Source: an uncultured Ruficoccus sp. | GTDB lineage: Bacteria > Verrucomicrobiota > Verrucomicrobiia > Opitutales > Cerasicoccaceae | Reading direction: 5' to 3' | Assembly: GCA_965140785.1 (NCBI GenBank) | Contig: OZ223519.1 | Span: 256,001 to 320,000 of the forward strand | Length of the DNA: 64,000 nucleotides | Part shown: one piece after another, positions 9,216 through 18,121 of the stretch | How positions within the stretch are numbered: the stretch's first letter is position 1 | Layout of the letters: each line of letters starts with the position of its first letter | Notes under the pieces: model-generated | The model's database searches: none | What the model was told of the DNA's origin: nothing | Seen by the model: the letters and a program-made list of their open reading frames with translations, nothing else | Translations under genes and position numbers: made by a program

Positions 9216-9968
9216 CTAATCTCCGGTCTTGGTCAGACCAAGCAAAAACTCCCGGTTGCCGTCGCCGCCGGTGACGGGGCAGTCCATCTCGCCGATCACC
9301 AGGCAGCCGCTCAGGTTGCCCTCGGCGAAGAGGCGTACGGTCTGGAGGGTCCGCTGGCGTACGGCCTCGTCGCGGATGATGCCCTTGGTCCGGCGGGTTT
9401 CCTCCGGCCCGGCCTCGAACTGCGGCTTGACCAGCGCGACGAGGAGTCCGCCGGGAGCGAGCAGGGGCCAGACGGCGGGCAGGACCTGGGTCAGGGAAAT
9501 GAAGGAGAGGTCCATCGTGACCAGCTCGTAGGCGGGGCGGGGCAGGGCGAAGGGGTCGAGGTGCCGGGCGTTGAGGCCCTCGAAGTTGGCCACGCGCGGG
9601 TCGGCCAGCAGGGTCGGGTGGAGCTGGCCGTGGCCGACATCGATGCAGGTGGCGCTGACTGCTCCGGCCTGGAGGGCGCAGTCGGTGAAGCCCCCGGTCG
9701 AGGCACCCACATCGAGCAGGTTGCGCCCGGTCAGGTCCGCCGGGAAGCGCTCCAGGTACGCCGCCAGCTTGTCGCCCCCGCGGCTGACGAAGCGGGGCGG
9801 GTTCTCCACCCTCAGGGGGGTGTCGGCGGGCAGGGCGCGGCCGGGTTTGGCGAGCGGTTCGCCCCCGGCTAGGCTCACCCGGCCCTCCAGGATGAGACGT
9901 CTGGCCTGGCTGCGGCTGGCGGCTTGGCCGGAGCGGACGAGGAGGTCATCGGCGCGGATTTTGTCCAT
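9216..9968 (-). CDS. tlyA: TlyA-family rRNA 2'-O-methyltransferase
   Basis: S4-like N-terminus, FVSRGGDKL, DVGASTGGFTD, DLSFISL, LVKPQFE, GNREFL; ATG at 9968. Confidence 0.93.
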   Translation of the reverse strand: MDKIRADDLLVRSGQAASRSQARRLILEGRVSLAGGEPLAKPGRALPADTPLRVENPPRFVSRGGDKLAAYLERFPADLTGRNLLDVGASTGGFTDCALQAGAVSATCIDVGHGQLHPTLLADPRVANFEGLNARHLDPFALPRPAYELVTMDLSFISLTQVLPAVWPLLAPGGLLVALVKPQFEAGPEETRRTKGIIRDEAVRQRTLQTVRLFAEGNLSGCLVIGEMDCPVTGGDGNREFLLGLTKTGD

Positions 9969-10054
9969 GGTCGGGCGGGTCGGTGGGAGATTTTCAGAAA
10001 GCACGGAATCGCCGTCATTCCGAGTCAAATTGCGGTTCGCGTGGATTTTTTCAT

Positions 10055-10100
10055 TTGACAGAGGGGGCGAAGTGGGATGATTTGGGTCGAAGTGGAACGA
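10055..10100 (+). promoter_or_regulatory. dcw promoter -35 (TTGACA) followed by MraZ binding repeats
   Basis: Four 10-bp-period units GAGGGGGCGA/AGTGGGATGA/TTTGGGTCGA/AGTGGAACGA with (G)TGG cores directly after TTGACA, upstream of mraZ. Confidence 0.75.
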
Positions 10101-10120
10101 ATCTCCTCCATCTTCTCTCC

Positions 10121-10576
10121 ATGATTTCCTTTGAACAGGGCCTTTATGCTGGAGAACACCGGCATAATCTGGACGCCAAAAAGCGTCTGACGGTCCCGTC
10201 GAAATGGCGTTTCGACGGGGACGAGAATGCTCTGTACCTCGCCTTTGCCGACCCCAGCGGCTGCGTGACCGTTTATCCGCCCAAGATGGTGGAGCAGCTC
10301 AAGGCCCGCTTGTCCTCAATCAGCCTGGGTGACAAGAAAGGCCAGCGCGCGATCATGCGGCTGCTCGGGCAGTCGGATCAGTTCACTTTTGACAAGAACG
10401 GACGCATCAACCTCAACGACCGCCTCTACCGGCACGCCGGGATCGAGAAGGAGGTCGTGCTGGTGGGCACCGTGAACAAATTCCACCTCTGGGAGCCGGA
10501 CCGCTACGAGGCCTACATCGAGGCCGACGAAGACGACGGCGATCTCAGCGATGTCCTCACCGAACTCGGACTCTAA
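10121..10576 (+). CDS. mraZ: Transcriptional regulator MraZ
   Basis: LDAKKRLTVPSKWR and FDKNGRINL motifs; first gene of the dcw cluster. Confidence 0.93.
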   Translation: MISFEQGLYAGEHRHNLDAKKRLTVPSKWRFDGDENALYLAFADPSGCVTVYPPKMVEQLKARLSSISLGDKKGQRAIMRLLGQSDQFTFDKNGRINLNDRLYRHAGIEKEVVLVGTVNKFHLWEPDRYEAYIEADEDDGDLSDVLTELGL

Positions 10577-10614
10577 CTTTACAACGTTTCTTCTTTTTTA
10601 ACCGAACACCAACC

Positions 10615-10821
10615 ATGAGAATCAGCCAGGAACTCTATAACGCCGGTATCCTGGGGCGCCAGGAAACCCGTAAACCGACCACCTTCGAGGTGGTTGCCCG
10701 TCACGCCCCGCGCTTTGGCGAGGGCGGTCCTCTGTTCGAGGCCTTCCAACGCCGCGAGCAGTCCACCAAAGTCAACGCCCGCGGATGGAGAGCCCTCTCC
10801 CATGTGCTTCGCCTTCGCTAG
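10615..10821 (+). other. Small ORF (68 aa) and/or structured RNA element between mraZ and rsmH
   Basis: ATG-started ORF in the 273-bp spacer, overlapping several GC-rich hairpins. Confidence 0.35.
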
Positions 10822-10849
10822 GTCGGCATGGGACGCCCTCGTTTATAAG

Positions 10850-11794
10850 ATGGCCGGTCACCTGCCCGTGATGCTGCGAGAGGTGCTCGCTCTCCTCGCG
10901 CCGCAGCGGGGCGGGCATTACCTGGACGGCACTTTCGGCGGCGGCGGCCACAGCCGCGCTATCCTGGAGGCCAGTCCGGAGGTTCGGCTGACCGCGTTGG
11001 ACCGCGACCCGGAGGCCGCCCTGCGGGCCCAGCGATTCCGCGAGGAGTTCGGCCACCGTTTCACTTTTCACCACCTGGAGTTTTCTCAACTACAAACACT
11101 GACTGATCAAGATTACGCCGGGGCTCTTTTCGACCTCGGCGTATCCTCTTTCCAACTCGACGAGGCCGAACGCGGCTTCTCCTTCGGCAAACCCGCCCCC
11201 ACCGACATGCGTATGGACCCCGACTCCGGCCAGAGTGCCGCCGACTTTCTCGAGACCGCTCCCGAGCGCGATCTCGTGCATGCGGTGCGCGACCTGGGCG
11301 AGGAGCAGTCCTGGCGCCGGGTGTGCCGGGCGATCGTCGATGCCCGTGGCACGGGTGCGCTCGCCCGGACCGACTCGCTGGCCGAGCTGGTGGCCGCGGC
11401 CATCCCGAAGCGCGGCGGCAAGCCCGCCCGTATCCATCCGGCGACCCGGACCTTTCAGGGCATCCGCATGGCGGTCAACGACGAGTTGGGCGTGCTGGAG
11501 CGCATGCTCCCCGCCGCCTTCGCGCGGCTGGCCGTGGGCGGCGTCCTGGCCGTGATCACTTTCCACTCACTGGAAGACCGTCCGGTGAAACGCTTTTTCA
11601 ACCGCCTGGCGGGCCGTCCCGAGCACGCCGGCGACTCCCGTCCCCAGGACGAGCGGGTCAAGCTGGCCGAGCTGCTGACACGCCGCCCGCTGAGCCCGGA
11701 CGAGGACGAACTGACCGCCAACCCCCGGAGCCGTTCGGCCAAGCTGCGCGCCGTGCGCAAGCTTGAGAGCGCTCCCGAACTTCAACCTGCCTGA
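10850..11794 (+). CDS. rsmH: 16S rRNA m4C1402 methyltransferase
   Basis: HLPVM, DGTFGGGGHS, DLGVSSFQLD, HPATRTFQ, FHSLEDR, NPRSRSAKLR. Confidence 0.96.
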   Translation: MAGHLPVMLREVLALLAPQRGGHYLDGTFGGGGHSRAILEASPEVRLTALDRDPEAALRAQRFREEFGHRFTFHHLEFSQLQTLTDQDYAGALFDLGVSSFQLDEAERGFSFGKPAPTDMRMDPDSGQSAADFLETAPERDLVHAVRDLGEEQSWRRVCRAIVDARGTGALARTDSLAELVAAAIPKRGGKPARIHPATRTFQGIRMAVNDELGVLERMLPAAFARLAVGGVLAVITFHSLEDRPVKRFFNRLAGRPEHAGDSRPQDERVKLAELLTRRPLSPDEDELTANPRSRSAKLRAVRKLESAPELQPA

Positions 11795-11797
11795 GCC

Positions 11798-12217
11798 ATG
11801 CATTACTTCAAAGACCTGAACTCTTACCGTTGGATTTCGATCGGCCTGTGCCTGGCCATCCTGCTGGTGGCTGTGGGCGGTTCGCTCGGCATCGTGTGGA
11901 TGCGCACCCAGATGACCGGCACGGCCCGCAACGTGGCGCAGATGGAGAAAGACCTGCGCGCCCTCGACAACGACAACGCCTCCCTGTCGGCGCGCATGGC
12001 CCGTGCCCACAACCCGGAATTTCTCATCACGCACATGCCCGCCGGTCTGCGCCCCACCAACGGCAACCAGATCGTGTGGATCCAGACCAGCGCCGCTCCT
12101 TCCTATGTGGCCCAGGCCCGCCAGAGTGCGCCCACCGAAATCGCCGCCAACACCAGCGCGGCTTCCGTCTCCTTTGACCTCGCCCTGATCAACCAGCCCC
12201 GGGACCCGCAGCCCTGA
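11798..12217 (+). CDS. FtsL-like bitopic cell-division protein
   Basis: Single TM plus coiled coil, in the canonical ftsL position between rsmH and ftsI. Confidence 0.65.
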   Translation: MHYFKDLNSYRWISIGLCLAILLVAVGGSLGIVWMRTQMTGTARNVAQMEKDLRALDNDNASLSARMARAHNPEFLITHMPAGLRPTNGNQIVWIQTSAAPSYVAQARQSAPTEIAANTSAASVSFDLALINQPRDPQP

Positions 12218-13992
12218 TGAACCGCTCCTTCGTCTCCAGTTTTCGCTTTATCCTGATCGTCGTCGGCATCGTCGCTTGTTTCGCCGTCGTCTTCAGCCGT
12301 CTGTTCTTTTTGCAGGTGGTCGATCAGGAAAAACTGAGCCGGATCGTCGAGAGCAACCGCAAGACCTTCCAGATCATCAGCGCCCGTCGCGGCGACATCG
12401 TGGATTCGCGCGGGGAACTGCTGGCCACGACGAACGAGGTTTATCAGGTCGGGGTGGACCCGCAGTCGGTCAAGGAAGAGGACTACGAAAAGATTTCTGC
12501 GCTGGCCGCGATCCTGCGTGTGCCCGAGGCCGAGGTGCGGGAGAAGTTCGACGATCGCCTGCGCGAGGTCAACGGCCCTGACGGCCCCGAGCTGCGCGAC
12601 ATCCACTGGCACAAGTTGGCCGACAATGTCAGCCGCGACGCGCTCATGCGCATCCGCGACCTGGAGATCCGGGCCGTTTACGGAAACCCGCAGTACCGCC
12701 GTATTTATCCCTCGACCTCGCTGGCCGCCCACACGGTCGGTTTTATTAATAAAGAAGAGACCGCCGTTGCCGGGGTGGAGAGCTGGTTGGACTTTTACCT
12801 GCGCGGCCAGGACGGTTGGCGCGAGGCCGAGCGCGACGGGCGTCGCCGTGAGCTGGCGCAGTTCCAGACCCGTGAGGTGCAGCCGCGCTCCGGGCTCAAT
12901 GTCGAGCTAACCCTCGATATGGTCATCCAGCACTTCGCCGAGGAGCAGGTGCTCGAACTGGTCAAGGAGTACCAGCCCAAGGGTGTGACTATCATCGTCA
13001 GTGAGCCGACCACCGGTTACCTGCTGGCCCTGGCCAATTACCCGAGCTTTAACCCGAATGTCTTCTGGAAGTCGTCCCAGGAAGCGCTGCGCAACCGGGC
13101 CCTGACCGACGTTTACGAGCCGGGCAGCACCTTCAAGATCGTGGCCGCCTCTGCCGCGCTCGAAGAGCGCCTCATCCGTCCCGAGGATGAGCTCGACTGT
13201 AGCCTCAGCTCGGTCGAGTACAAGGGGCGGGAACTGCGCCTGCCCGCCGACGACCACGCCATGGGCAAGATTTCCATGGAGGAAGTCGTGGTCAAATCCA
13301 GCAACCGCGGCGCCGCCCTGTTGGGCATGCGCCTGGGCGAGGACCGCCTTTACAAGTACGCCCGTGCTTTCGGCTACGGCGAAAAGACCGACCTGGGCCT
13401 GAGCGGGGAATCCCGCGGTCTGCTGGCCGAGCCGAAGAATTGGGACGGGCTGACCATCAGCCGCCTGCCTATGGGGCACGCCGTCGGCGCGACACCCTTA
13501 CAAGTGCACATGGCTATGGCCACCGTGGCCAACCGTGGCGTGCTCATGCAGCCCCAAGTCGTGCGCCGGCTTTTCGACGATCATGGAGACACCGCCGTGG
13601 CCTTCGATCCGGTCGCCCGCCGCCGCGTGATCTCCTCCGACACGGCCCGGACGCTGGCCGGCATGCTGGCCAAGGTCTGCACCAACGAGGGCACCGCCCG
13701 CCAGGCCGCCATCCCCGGTTACGAACCGGCGGGCAAGACGGGCACGACCCAGAAGATCGTGGACGGGCAGTACTCCAGCCATCACCACGTCGCCTCTTTC
13801 AGCGGGTTTTTCCCGGCTTCTTCCCCGGCTCTGGTCATCACCGTTGTGGTGGATGACCCTCAGCTCCCAGGTATCGGCTACGGCGGCAAGGTCGCCGCGC
13901 CGGTCTTCAGCGAACTGGCCAAGAAGTGTGCAGCCTACCTCGGCATCCCGCCGAGTGAGGAGAAACCCATGCTGGCTCTTTCTGAAAGGTGA
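12217..13992 (+). CDS. ftsI: Class B penicillin-binding protein (FtsI/PBP3)
   Basis: RGDIVDSRG, SxxK (EPGSTFK), SxN (KSSN), KTG. Confidence 0.92.
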   Translation: MNRSFVSSFRFILIVVGIVACFAVVFSRLFFLQVVDQEKLSRIVESNRKTFQIISARRGDIVDSRGELLATTNEVYQVGVDPQSVKEEDYEKISALAAILRVPEAEVREKFDDRLREVNGPDGPELRDIHWHKLADNVSRDALMRIRDLEIRAVYGNPQYRRIYPSTSLAAHTVGFINKEETAVAGVESWLDFYLRGQDGWREAERDGRRRELAQFQTREVQPRSGLNVELTLDMVIQHFAEEQVLELVKEYQPKGVTIIVSEPTTGYLLALANYPSFNPNVFWKSSQEALRNRALTDVYEPGSTFKIVAASAALEERLIRPEDELDCSLSSVEYKGRELRLPADDHAMGKISMEEVVVKSSNRGAALLGMRLGEDRLYKYARAFGYGEKTDLGLSGESRGLLAEPKNWDGLTISRLPMGHAVGATPLQVHMAMATVANRGVLMQPQVVRRLFDDHGDTAVAFDPVARRRVISSDTARTLAGMLAKVCTNEGTARQAAIPGYEPAGKTGTTQKIVDGQYSSHHHVASFSGFFPASSPALVITVVVDDPQLPGIGYGGKVAAPVFSELAKKCAAYLGIPPSEEKPMLALSER

Positions 13993-13999
13993 TTGAATA

Positions 14000-15595
14000 A
14001 TGGCGCTACCGGGAATGGAAATGCTACTGGGGGGGCTGCGCAGCGGACGCCGGCCCTTCGTATGCTCGTTTGGAATGGCTGGAGGCGGTGCCTCCAATGT
14101 CGGGCCGCAATGGCCGAGCCTGGACGAGCTGATCAAGGACCTGCCCGCGGTGAACTTCCGTGGCGAGGGCAAGACGCCCGTCCGGGCCCTGGTCACCGAC
14201 AGCCGCCGTGTCGCGCCCGGTTCGCTCTTTTTCGCCCTGGGCGGTCTGCGCACTGACGGTAATCTCTATATCGAGGAAGCTATCGATAGGGGCGCCGTGG
14301 GCATCGTGTCGGAGAGCCCGGCCGAGTCCATCCGCCAGGTGCCGTTCCTTCAGGTCAAGGACTGCCGCGTCGCCCTGGCCGAGGTGGCCCGTCGCTTTCA
14401 CAGCCGTCCTGACGACGAGCTGGATCTCTTTGCCATTACCGGCACCAACGGCAAGACCACCGTCTCCTTCCTCGCCCAGCACCTGCTCGCCGACGAGCCC
14501 GACACCGTGGGCCTGATCGGGACCGTGCACTACGACCTGGGCAAGCGCACGCTGCCCTCGTACAAGACGACCCCCGAGTCGCTCGATATTTACTCCATGC
14601 TTAACCAGATGGTGGGCGAGGGCTGCAAGCAGGCCGTGCTTGAGGTCAGCTCGCACGCGATCCAGCAGCAGCGGGTGGACGGGATGCGCTTCGGCGTGGC
14701 CGCATTCCTGAACCTGACGCAGGACCACATCGACTACCACCGCAACATGGAGGCGTACTTCGAGGCCAAGACCCGGCTCTTCACCGGAGCGCTGGGGAAC
14801 ACACCCGAAACCGCGCTGATCAACATCGACGACCCTTACGGTCGCCGTCTGGTGGGCATGATTCCGGAAGGGGTCAAGGTCATCACTTTTGGCGTCTGCG
14901 CCGATGCCGACCTGCGCGCCGAGCACATCAAGCTCGGGGCCGGGGGCAGCTCGTTCGACCTGGTTTGGCCGGAAGGCCGCGTGCGGGTCGAGACGCCGCT
15001 GCTGGGCCACTTCAACGTCGCCAACACCGTGGCGGCGATCGGCCTGGCCTACGCCACCGGTAAATCGCCCGCAGACCTGGTCGCGCGTATCGCCTCCTTC
15101 GGCGGCGTGCCCGGACGGATGGAAAAGGTCGAGGCGGGCCAGCCCTGCCAGGTGCTGGTGGACTACGCCCACACCGACGACGCCCTGCACAACGCTCTGA
15201 CCATGCTGCGCGAGATCACGCCCGGCCGGCTGCTGGTCGTCTTTGGCTGCGGCGGCGACCGTGACCGCACCAAGCGCCCGAAGATGACGCACGCGGTGCA
15301 GAATTTCGCCGACTACGCCTGGGCCACCGCCGACAATCCCCGCAAGGAGGACTTGAAGCAGATCTTCGACGATATGCGCGAAGGAGTGAGCGTGCCTGAG
15401 AAAATCGCCTTTGTGGAGGATCGCCGCCGCGCCATCAGCCTCGCGCTGGAGGAAGCGAAGCCCGGCGACTGCGTGCTGATCGCGGGCAAGGGCCACGAGA
15501 CGTATCAGGAGTTTTCCGACACGGTCGTGCCTTTCGACGACCGCCAGGTCGCCCGTGAACTGATCAAACTGAAAACCATCGAACCGGATGCCTGA
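14000..15595 (+). CDS. murE: UDP-MurNAc-L-Ala-D-Glu:meso-DAP ligase
   Basis: TGTNGKTT, EVSSH, DYAHT, DNPR (meso-DAP-type motif), AGKGHE. Confidence 0.95.
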   Translation: MALPGMEMLLGGLRSGRRPFVCSFGMAGGGASNVGPQWPSLDELIKDLPAVNFRGEGKTPVRALVTDSRRVAPGSLFFALGGLRTDGNLYIEEAIDRGAVGIVSESPAESIRQVPFLQVKDCRVALAEVARRFHSRPDDELDLFAITGTNGKTTVSFLAQHLLADEPDTVGLIGTVHYDLGKRTLPSYKTTPESLDIYSMLNQMVGEGCKQAVLEVSSHAIQQQRVDGMRFGVAAFLNLTQDHIDYHRNMEAYFEAKTRLFTGALGNTPETALINIDDPYGRRLVGMIPEGVKVITFGVCADADLRAEHIKLGAGGSSFDLVWPEGRVRVETPLLGHFNVANTVAAIGLAYATGKSPADLVARIASFGGVPGRMEKVEAGQPCQVLVDYAHTDDALHNALTMLREITPGRLLVVFGCGGDRDRTKRPKMTHAVQNFADYAWATADNPRKEDLKQIFDDMREGVSVPEKIAFVEDRRRAISLALEEAKPGDCVLIAGKGHETYQEFSDTVVPFDDRQVARELIKLKTIEPDA

Positions 15596-16973
15596 CTTTA
15601 TGCCCGAAGAACTGGCACAGTGGACAGGCGGCTCTTGGGCCGAAGATCGCGCGCCGGCGCGTGTGACGGGCTTTACGCAGGATTCCCGCCGCGCCCACAC
15701 GGGCGATATGTTTGTCGCGCTGGAGACCCCGGCGCGCGATGGTCATGACTTTGTGCCCGCCGCTGCCGCGGCCGGGGCATCCTCCGCTCTGGTGCGCAGA
15801 CGGGTGGAGGAGGAGGTTCCGCAGCTCGTCGTGCCGGATACACTGGAGGCTTTTCAAAAAATCGCCGCCCGCCACCGTGAGGACTTCACCGGGCGGGTCA
15901 TCGGGGTGACCGGCAGTTGCGGCAAGACCTCGACCAAGGACCTGCTCGGGCTCCTGCTGGGCGAGCGGACGCTGCGCACGGAGGGCAACCTGAACAATTT
16001 TCTCGGTGTCCCGTTGACCCTGACCCGGCTGGACGCCGGGCAGCATGATTTCGCCGTGGTGGAGGCGGGGATCAACGAGCCGGGCGAAATGACGACCCTG
16101 GCCGCCATGATCGACCCGGATATCGCCATCATCACCTGCGTGGCCCCGGCCCACCTGGAGCGCCTCGGCACGGTCGAGCGCGTGGCCCACGAGAAGGCGC
16201 TGCTGGGCCGCTCTGCCGGGTGTGTGATCTTTCCCGGAGCCTGCCTGCGCTATACGCCCTTCCGCGATCTTGGGGCGCGTGCGCTGGTGGTGACGGAGGA
16301 CATGGCCCTGGCCCGGACTTTGCCTGACGAGCAGTGCGTGGTTAGCCGATTGGGCAATGTGGATGTGGGAAGCTGCCGGCTCGAACTAGAGTCGGCAGCG
16401 ATTCCCGCGTTCGCCTGCGAACTGCCTTTCCGCTCACCGGGCATGGTGAGCAATGCCGCCCTGGCCATCACCGCCGCGCTCCTGTGCGGGGTCGAGCCGG
16501 AGCAGGTCCGCGAGCGCCTGAGCCAGTGGCGCGCCTCGCCCAACCGGGGCGAATGGCTGCGGGCGGGCAAACAGGTCTTTCTGGTGGACAGCTACAACGC
16601 CAATCCGGCCTCCATGGCCGAGGCGATGGCGACCTTTGAGGCGACCGCGCCGGAGGGCCCGCGCCTGTATGTGCTCGGTGGCATGCGGGAACTCGGCGTG
16701 GACAGCTACCGTTACCACATGGAGACCGGAGCGCGGGTGCAACTGCGCGAGTACGACCGCGCCGTGCTGATCGGCAGCGAGGCCGACGGCTACCGTGACG
16801 GCCTGCTCAAGGCCGGTAACGACGCCGCGAAGGTTCGCGTCTTTGCCGACACGACGGCCGCCGCTGCTGCGGTGAAAGATTTCGGCGGGTCCATTCTGCT
16901 CAAGGGCAGCCGCGCCTATGCGCTGGAATCACTCCTGCCGACCGGGGTGAGGGGAGGCGCCGACCGATGCTGA
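15588..16973 (+). CDS. murF: UDP-MurNAc-tripeptide:D-Ala-D-Ala ligase
   Basis: TGSCGKTSTK, NNFLGVP, DSYNANP, LKGSR. Confidence 0.94.
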   Translation: MPDFMPEELAQWTGGSWAEDRAPARVTGFTQDSRRAHTGDMFVALETPARDGHDFVPAAAAAGASSALVRRRVEEEVPQLVVPDTLEAFQKIAARHREDFTGRVIGVTGSCGKTSTKDLLGLLLGERTLRTEGNLNNFLGVPLTLTRLDAGQHDFAVVEAGINEPGEMTTLAAMIDPDIAIITCVAPAHLERLGTVERVAHEKALLGRSAGCVIFPGACLRYTPFRDLGARALVVTEDMALARTLPDEQCVVSRLGNVDVGSCRLELESAAIPAFACELPFRSPGMVSNAALAITAALLCGVEPEQVRERLSQWRASPNRGEWLRAGKQVFLVDSYNANPASMAEAMATFEATAPEGPRLYVLGGMRELGVDSYRYHMETGARVQLREYDRAVLIGSEADGYRDGLLKAGNDAAKVRVFADTTAAAAAVKDFGGSILLKGSRAYALESLLPTGVRGGADRC

Positions 16974-18067
16974 CCTATCTGGCTGAGTACAGCGACATCT
17001 TCGGACCCCTGCGGCTTTTTCGATTTCTGACTTTTCGAGCGGTGATGGGAGCTGGCACGGCTGTCGTGGTCGGCTTCGTCATCGCTCCGTGGCTGTTTGC
17101 CCGGTTGCGCCGCCTGAAGCTATCCCAGACCCTTCGTAACAAGGACGAGGTGGGTAAACTGGCCGACCTGCACGCCGGTAAAAAAGACACCCCGACCATG
17201 GGGGGGCTGATGATTTTCGCCGCCGTCTTCGTGGCCACACTCTTGTGGGCCGAGCCGAATCTCTACGTCATCGTCGTGATGATCGTTTATACCGGACTGA
17301 CCGGGCTGGGCTTTGCCGACGATTACCTGAAGGTGAGCAAGAAAAACTCCAAGGGGCTGGCCAGCCACTGGAAGCTGGCCGGGCAGGGCCTGCTCACGCT
17401 GCTTGCTCTCGGTTTGCTTTTGGGCAGCCCGGAGACACACCTGAAAATGTCGCAGTTGTGGGTGCCGTTTTTGAAGGAGCCGCTCATTCTGGCCATGCCG
17501 ATCTGGTTCGCCTTTGTCTTTTTCTTTCTCGTCATGGCCGGCTCCAGCAACGCCATCAACCTCACCGACGGGGTGGATGGGTTGGCCATCGGCTGCACGG
17601 TGACGGCCACGCTCGTTTACGGGCTCATGGCCTACGCGGCGGGCAACACCATCATCTCCGATTACCTGCTGATCAGCTATGTGCCCGGCGTGGGCGAACT
17701 GGCCGTGATCTGCAGCGCGCTGGTCGGGGCGAGTCTGACCTTCCTGTGGTACAACAGCCACCCGGCGACCGTCTTCATGGGCGATACCGGTTCGCTGGCG
17801 CTGGGAGGACTGATCGGTACCATCGCCTTTGTCATCCACCAGCCTTTTACGCTGGTCATTGTGGGTGGGATCTTCGTGGCCGAGGCTGCCTCGGTCATCC
17901 TCCAGGTCGGCTCGTACAAGCTCCGGGGCAAGCGCATCTTTCGCATGGCGCCGCTGCATCATCATTTCGAACTGCTGGGCTGGCACGAAAACAAAGTCGT
18001 GATACGTTTCTGGATCATCTCGTTGATGTGCGCCTTCGCTGGATTGGCCACGCTCAAGCTGCGCTAG
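16967..18067 (+). CDS. mraY: Phospho-MurNAc-pentapeptide transferase
   Basis: TPTMGG, DDYLK, NLTDGVDG, FMGDTG, MAPLHHHFE. Confidence 0.97.
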   Translation: MLTYLAEYSDIFGPLRLFRFLTFRAVMGAGTAVVVGFVIAPWLFARLRRLKLSQTLRNKDEVGKLADLHAGKKDTPTMGGLMIFAAVFVATLLWAEPNLYVIVVMIVYTGLTGLGFADDYLKVSKKNSKGLASHWKLAGQGLLTLLALGLLLGSPETHLKMSQLWVPFLKEPLILAMPIWFAFVFFFLVMAGSSNAINLTDGVDGLAIGCTVTATLVYGLMAYAAGNTIISDYLLISYVPGVGELAVICSALVGASLTFLWYNSHPATVFMGDTGSLALGGLIGTIAFVIHQPFTLVIVGGIFVAEAASVILQVGSYKLRGKRIFRMAPLHHHFELLGWHENKVVIRFWIISLMCAFAGLATLKLR

Positions 18068-18082
18068 CCCTCTTTCCCCCAA

Positions 18083-18110
18083 CCAAGCACTACGCACAAA
18101 GCACCAACCA
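18083..18110 (+). repeat. Heptamer tandem repeat (4 units)
   Basis: ccaagca-ctacgca-caaagca-ccaacca in the mraY-murD spacer. Confidence 0.6.
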
Positions 18111-18121
18111 CTCACTTTTCC

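Noticed and set aside
14000..14115. N-terminal extension of MurE
   Set aside because: Start codon uncertain (several ATGs); cannot tell a real extension from mis-annotation.
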